From a virus (taxonomy: Duplodnaviria > Caudoviricetes), in IMG/VR virus record IMGVR_UViG_3300030380_002146, positions 1 through 60,277 of that record: a DNA stretch of 60,277 nt, one strand, 5' to 3'. The notes under the pieces were generated by a model. It was not told where the DNA came from, made no database searches, and was given only the letters and a program-made list of their open reading frames with translations. The position numbers and the translations under genes are program-made. Of this stretch, positions 56,397 through 60,277 are shown one piece after another. Every line of letters begins with the position of its first letter. The stretch's first letter is position 1.

Positions 56397-57364
56397 TGCC
56401 ATATATAGGAAACACAGCAGGAAATAGATTTGTAGCTAGTAAAACGGCAACACAGTTTTCTGGTAATGGTTCTGCCGTTGATTTTACACTAGATCACTCA
56501 GTAAGTTCTCCTGAAGATATACTTGTATCTGTAGATGGTGTTATACAAGAACCAACTGTTGCTTATGGAATAGTTAGTGGAACTACATTAAGATTTACTG
56601 CTGCACCATCAAATAACTCTGGTAATAATATATTTGTTTATTATTTGTTTAGAACAGTGGCTACAGTAGATCATCCTGCAACAAGTGCTTTGAGTGCAAC
56701 CACAGGAACTTTTACAAGTAATGCTACTGTAGGTGGAACTCTTGGAGTAACAGGTGTACCTACGTTTACAGGCAGAAGTGTCCATAGTGGTGGCATAACA
56801 ATCGCTAATGATGGACAGATAGGTTCTGTAGGTGATGCAGATGCTATGTCGATATCAAGTAGTGGAGTTGTAACATTTAGTCAAACTCCTGTTGGTGTTG
56901 GGGGTATTACACTACTTAATAGTGGTGGGGTTTCTATGAGTGGACAAGATGAAGCTGATTTTTTAAGTTTGCCATCAGGAATAAAAAGAATACAAATAAA
57001 TTTTAATGGACTTAGTGCATCTGCTTCTGATGCGAGTGCTTTAATACGACTTGGAAAAAGTGATGGATTAGTAACATCAGGTTATGTTTCTACAAGTTCT
57101 TGGGGTAGTAGTCAGGTTCAAGACACAAGTGGTATTATTGTTTATGGAACTGGTGGCTCTAATACTATTTCAGGTATTGCAACAATAAACCATATGGGGT
57201 CAAATAATTTCGTTACATCTCATGCTGTTAGATATAATTCATCTAATAGTGTTTTTGGTGGTGGTCATGTTGCATTAGGTGGAACTTTAGACAGATTAAG
57301 AGTGCAAGGTGTTTCTGGTGGTACTTTTGATGCTGGTACTGTTAACATTACATATGAGTTATAG
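56396..57364 (+). CDS. Tail fibre protein
   Basis: MPYIGN start, FSGNGS..DFTL, VSVDGVIQEP, C-terminal LGGTLDRLRV...FDAG. Confidence 0.7.
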   Translation: MPYIGNTAGNRFVASKTATQFSGNGSAVDFTLDHSVSSPEDILVSVDGVIQEPTVAYGIVSGTTLRFTAAPSNNSGNNIFVYYLFRTVATVDHPATSALSATTGTFTSNATVGGTLGVTGVPTFTGRSVHSGGITIANDGQIGSVGDADAMSISSSGVVTFSQTPVGVGGITLLNSGGVSMSGQDEADFLSLPSGIKRIQINFNGLSASASDASALIRLGKSDGLVTSGYVSTSSWGSSQVQDTSGIIVYGTGGSNTISGIATINHMGSNNFVTSHAVRYNSSNSVFGGGHVALGGTLDRLRVQGVSGGTFDAGTVNITYEL

Positions 57365-57373
57365 GGTAATATT

Positions 57374-57661
57374 ATGGCAAAAAAGACAATATATGACTTT
57401 GCAACAAATAAATTAGAAGTCAGAGATTTAACAAGCGAAGAACAAAAAGCTCGTGATGCCGTAGTACCTGATGCAGAGATAGAATTAGCTAATTTAAGAG
57501 CAGAAAGAAATAAATTATTATTTGAAACAGATTGGTGGGGAGCATCAGATTTAACAATAACAGATGCACAAAAAACGTATCGTCAAGATTTGCGAGATAT
57601 CACTAAGACATTTAAAAGTTTGTCGGACAAAGATTTTAAGTTTCCAACAAAGCCAAGTTAA
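57374..57661 (+). CDS. Tail fibre assembly chaperone
   Basis: LRAERNKLLFETDW...YRQDLRDIT...FPTKP. Confidence 0.8.
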   Translation: MAKKTIYDFATNKLEVRDLTSEEQKARDAVVPDAEIELANLRAERNKLLFETDWWGASDLTITDAQKTYRQDLRDITKTFKSLSDKDFKFPTKPS

Positions 57662-57671
57662 GGAGTAACGG

Positions 57672-58343
57672 ATGGCATTAACAAAAGTAATAGGAGATGG
57701 CACAGGAACATTAAATAGTGCAACTGTAAGTGGTAATGCTACTGTAGGTGGTACGTTAGGTATTACTGGTGTTACTGATTCATCTGTTGGACAAAGTTTT
57801 ATACCTGAGTTTATAGGTAATTTATATTTAGCAGGTAACACTACAGATTCTTGTGAGTTAACTGGTTGTTTTACAAACACTCATCAAGTTTACAGATTGA
57901 TTGGCGAGGTTGGTGCATCTCATGCAGGAGAATCTTTTACTGTATTTTTCTTTTTAAGTGGCACAGATACAAAATTAGCATCAGGCTATTATGGTAGAGG
58001 AATATCATATGATGATGCTTCTTCATCTGCAAATTCTGCTGAAGCAAATGGCTCAAATGCAAAAATAAATATTAATCAATCATCAACTGGTTCTAGCATT
58101 ATTGATATGACTTTTTATAGAAAACAACACGCATATCAAATACTCGGAATGGCAGGGTATCACGACCAAAGTGGTGATAGAGGTTTTCAACATTTTGGTT
58201 ACAAAAACAATAGTGCCTTAGAATTAACTGGTTTTAGATTAGAAAATAGTTCAGGTAATAATATGAGTGCAGTAAACTTTTCTGTCTATGGGTATAGGTT
58301 AAGACAAAATGCAACTGGAGAAATGTTAGGAGCATATCAATAA
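57672..58343 (+). CDS. Short tail fibre/receptor-binding protein
   Basis: MALTKV start; shared ATVGGTLG linker; ends with the SVYG-type motif; followed by a chaperone. Confidence 0.6.
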   Translation: MALTKVIGDGTGTLNSATVSGNATVGGTLGITGVTDSSVGQSFIPEFIGNLYLAGNTTDSCELTGCFTNTHQVYRLIGEVGASHAGESFTVFFFLSGTDTKLASGYYGRGISYDDASSSANSAEANGSNAKININQSSTGSSIIDMTFYRKQHAYQILGMAGYHDQSGDRGFQHFGYKNNSALELTGFRLENSSGNNMSAVNFSVYGYRLRQNATGEMLGAYQ

Positions 58344-58690
58344 TGGCTTATTCGGTAAATGAAGATACAAAAGTTGCAACTTACAATGGTGATACCTTTC
58401 CACCAACTCAAAGAACTAATGCACAAACAGGAAAAACAACTTTAATTTCTAAGTCTGAAGCAGAATGTATTGAGGTAAAAAAGTTAAGAGATAATGCACC
58501 TAATGAAATGTTAAACGCATTAAGATTAAAAAGAAATGGTCTATTAGCTCAAACAGATTGGATGGGCAGTTCAGATGTTACAATGAGTGATGCTTGGAAA
58601 AAGTACCGACAAGAATTAAGAGATATAACAAAGACATTTAAGTCAATGAGTGATAAAGATTTTAAGTTTCCTGAGAAACCAACGGAGTAA
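58343..58690 (+). CDS. Tail fibre assembly chaperone
   Basis: LRLKRNGLLAQTDW...YRQELRDIT...FPEKP. Confidence 0.8.
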   Translation: MAYSVNEDTKVATYNGDTFPPTQRTNAQTGKTTLISKSEAECIEVKKLRDNAPNEMLNALRLKRNGLLAQTDWMGSSDVTMSDAWKKYRQELRDITKTFKSMSDKDFKFPEKPTE

Positions 58691-58693
58691 CGA

Positions 58694-60199
58694 ATGCCAT
58701 ATATAGGAGTCAGTCCACAATTTGGAGTTAGAAGAAAGCATACTTATACTGCTACGGCAGGACAGACTAGTTTTAGTGGTGCAGGATCAGAAGGTGCAAC
58801 ATTAAGTTATAAAGACAGCACTTTTGTTGATGTATATCAAAATGGTATAAAGTTAGGTGATGCCGATTACACATCTACAAGTGGTACAGCTATTGTTTTA
58901 GTTCAAGGAGCTTCAGTTGATGACCTTGTAGAAATAATTGTTTTTGATGTTTTTAGTGCAGCAGACACTGTAAGTAAAGCAGATGGTGGTACGTTTGATG
59001 GTAATATCGCTATGGGTGGTACTCTTAATGTTTCAGGTGTTCTTACAGCAAATGCTGGTATAAAAGTTGATGACATAACTATTGATGGAACAGAAGTAGA
59101 TTTATCTAGTGGAAGTTTTACAATAGATAGTGCTGCAAATATTACTCTTGATTGTGGTACTGGTGAATTTTTATTTAATAATGCAGGTAATGGAAACCTT
59201 TTAAAAATTCAAGGCGATAGCAGTAATGTAAATTTTATTTCTATGGTTCAAGACAAAGACATAAGATTTAAAGGTGATGATGGTGGTTCAGCTATAACTG
59301 CCCTTACACTTGATATGTCTGCTTCAGGTGATGCACTATTTAACAGAAATATTGATATACCAAATGATTCTGGTAGAGTAAGACTTGGTACAGGCACAGA
59401 CTTACAAATATACCATGATGGTAGTAATAATTATTTTAGTGGTAGTGGTGACCATAATTTTTTATTTCTTACAAATGGTGGCGAAAAATTAAGAATTAGA
59501 AATACTGGTTGTTTAAGAGCATCTAACAACCTTAATGTTTCTAGTCATTCACGATTAAGTTCTACTAATGCTCATGTGTTTCATTCTCATTCATCAGGTA
59601 ACATAATGTTCTTTTTAGAAAATACATCAGATGACCCTAGAGGAATGATGTTTGATTATTCACAAGCTGCTCCTGATAATAATACAAATTTCTTTATAAA
59701 GTGTGAAGATAGTTCAGCAGAAAGAGCTCATATATATTCAGATGGTGATATGAGAAACCATGATGGTACTTTTTCACAAGCATCTGATGAAAGAATAAAA
59801 CAAAATGTTACAGATGCAAATAGTCAATGGGATGATATTAAAGCAATTAGATTTATAAATTATAAAGCTAAAGATGATGTTAGACAATATGGTGAAGATA
59901 AAGCTAAAACCCAATTAGGTGTATTAGCACAAGAAATGGAAAAGATAAGTCCTAAATTAATTAAACAATATCCACCTAGTAAAGCAGATGTAGCAAGTTC
60001 ATCTGAATTTGGAACTCTTTATGAAAAGGGCGATACTATTCCAGATGATAAAGTTATAGGAGATGTAAAAGAAGTAAAAGAAAATGTAAAAGGTATAGCT
60101 TACTCAGTTCTTTATATGAAAGCAGTCAAAGCACTACAAGAGGCTATGACAAGAATAGAAATATTAGAAGCAGAAGTGAAAGCATTAAAAGGTGAATAG
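58694..60199 (+). CDS. Tail fibre with C-terminal intramolecular chaperone (peptidase S74-like)
   Basis: MPYIG start, YTATAGQTSF, VYQNGIKL; SDERIKQN autocleavage motif, GVLAQE, VKALQE coiled coil. Confidence 0.85.
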   Translation: MPYIGVSPQFGVRRKHTYTATAGQTSFSGAGSEGATLSYKDSTFVDVYQNGIKLGDADYTSTSGTAIVLVQGASVDDLVEIIVFDVFSAADTVSKADGGTFDGNIAMGGTLNVSGVLTANAGIKVDDITIDGTEVDLSSGSFTIDSAANITLDCGTGEFLFNNAGNGNLLKIQGDSSNVNFISMVQDKDIRFKGDDGGSAITALTLDMSASGDALFNRNIDIPNDSGRVRLGTGTDLQIYHDGSNNYFSGSGDHNFLFLTNGGEKLRIRNTGCLRASNNLNVSSHSRLSSTNAHVFHSHSSGNIMFFLENTSDDPRGMMFDYSQAAPDNNTNFFIKCEDSSAERAHIYSDGDMRNHDGTFSQASDERIKQNVTDANSQWDDIKAIRFINYKAKDDVRQYGEDKAKTQLGVLAQEMEKISPKLIKQYPPSKADVASSSEFGTLYEKGDTIPDDKVIGDVKEVKENVKGIAYSVLYMKAVKALQEAMTRIEILEAEVKALKGE

Positions 60200-60277
60200 A
60201 TGACCAAAGCAGCAGAATTAGCAAAGATGGGTGAAGTCCTAACCAATAGTCAGATTGGTGGGCGAAGGAATATTATT
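60200..60277 (+). CDS. 5' fragment of a tail fibre-type gene (probably continues at the window start)
   Basis: MTKAAELAKMGEVLTNSQIGGRRNII runs off the end of the window. Confidence 0.65.
   Translation, partial: MTKAAELAKMGEVLTNSQIGGRRNII

Noticed and set aside
728-57880. Many minus-strand ORFs in the track (for example 2298..2618, 48267..48620, 55486..56049)
   Set aside because: They are antisense shadows of well-supported plus-strand genes, with no RBS or recognisable motifs.
54308-60277. Diversity-generating retroelement or invertase shufflon acting on fibre genes
   Set aside because: No reverse transcriptase or invertase, no adenine-specific TR/VR pair noticed, and all fibre genes share one orientation.
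1-60277. Terminal direct repeat proving a complete circle; integrase or att site
   Set aside because: The first and last bases do not overlap, and no recombinase or host flanking DNA is visible.

Overview
This window is a near-complete genome of an AT-rich tailed dsDNA phage (Caudoviricetes) with a podovirus-type layout. It resembles uncultured marine phages; the host cannot be determined from sequence. The contig is circularly permuted: it begins inside a tail-fibre-type gene whose probable 5' end is at the far end (60200-60277), with an unsequenced gap between. Modules in order: tail, adhesin, nozzle and ejection proteins (1-13.6 kb); membrane and lysis genes with a minus-strand SNF2 helicase-HTH-lysozyme operon (13.6-17.7 kb); replication with primase, UvrD-like helicase and family A polymerase, interrupted by a thymine-modification cluster (18-28.6 kb); promoter-delimited early cassettes (28.7-37.1 kb); TerS and a nuclease, then a repeat-rich region of odd composition (37.2-40.6 kb); TerL, portal, GroES, scaffold, capsid, small basic proteins, adaptors and an array of fibre/chaperone genes (41.3-60.3 kb). 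I saw no integrase, RNA polymerase, tRNA or CRISPR array. Most interesting: (1) a probable thymidine hypermodification pathway with a small-molecule-type methyltransferase and no visible P-loop kinase; (2) two 3'-UTR segments complementary to the phage's own AGAAAG-type ribosome-binding regions; (3) a ~120-bp element present twice, inverted, ~19 kb apart; (4) a (TGAC)n-rich to CTAG-rich compositional switch with palindromes between terS and terL; (5) a probable overprinted gene inside the portal. Family assignments come from motif recognition by eye, not from database searches.
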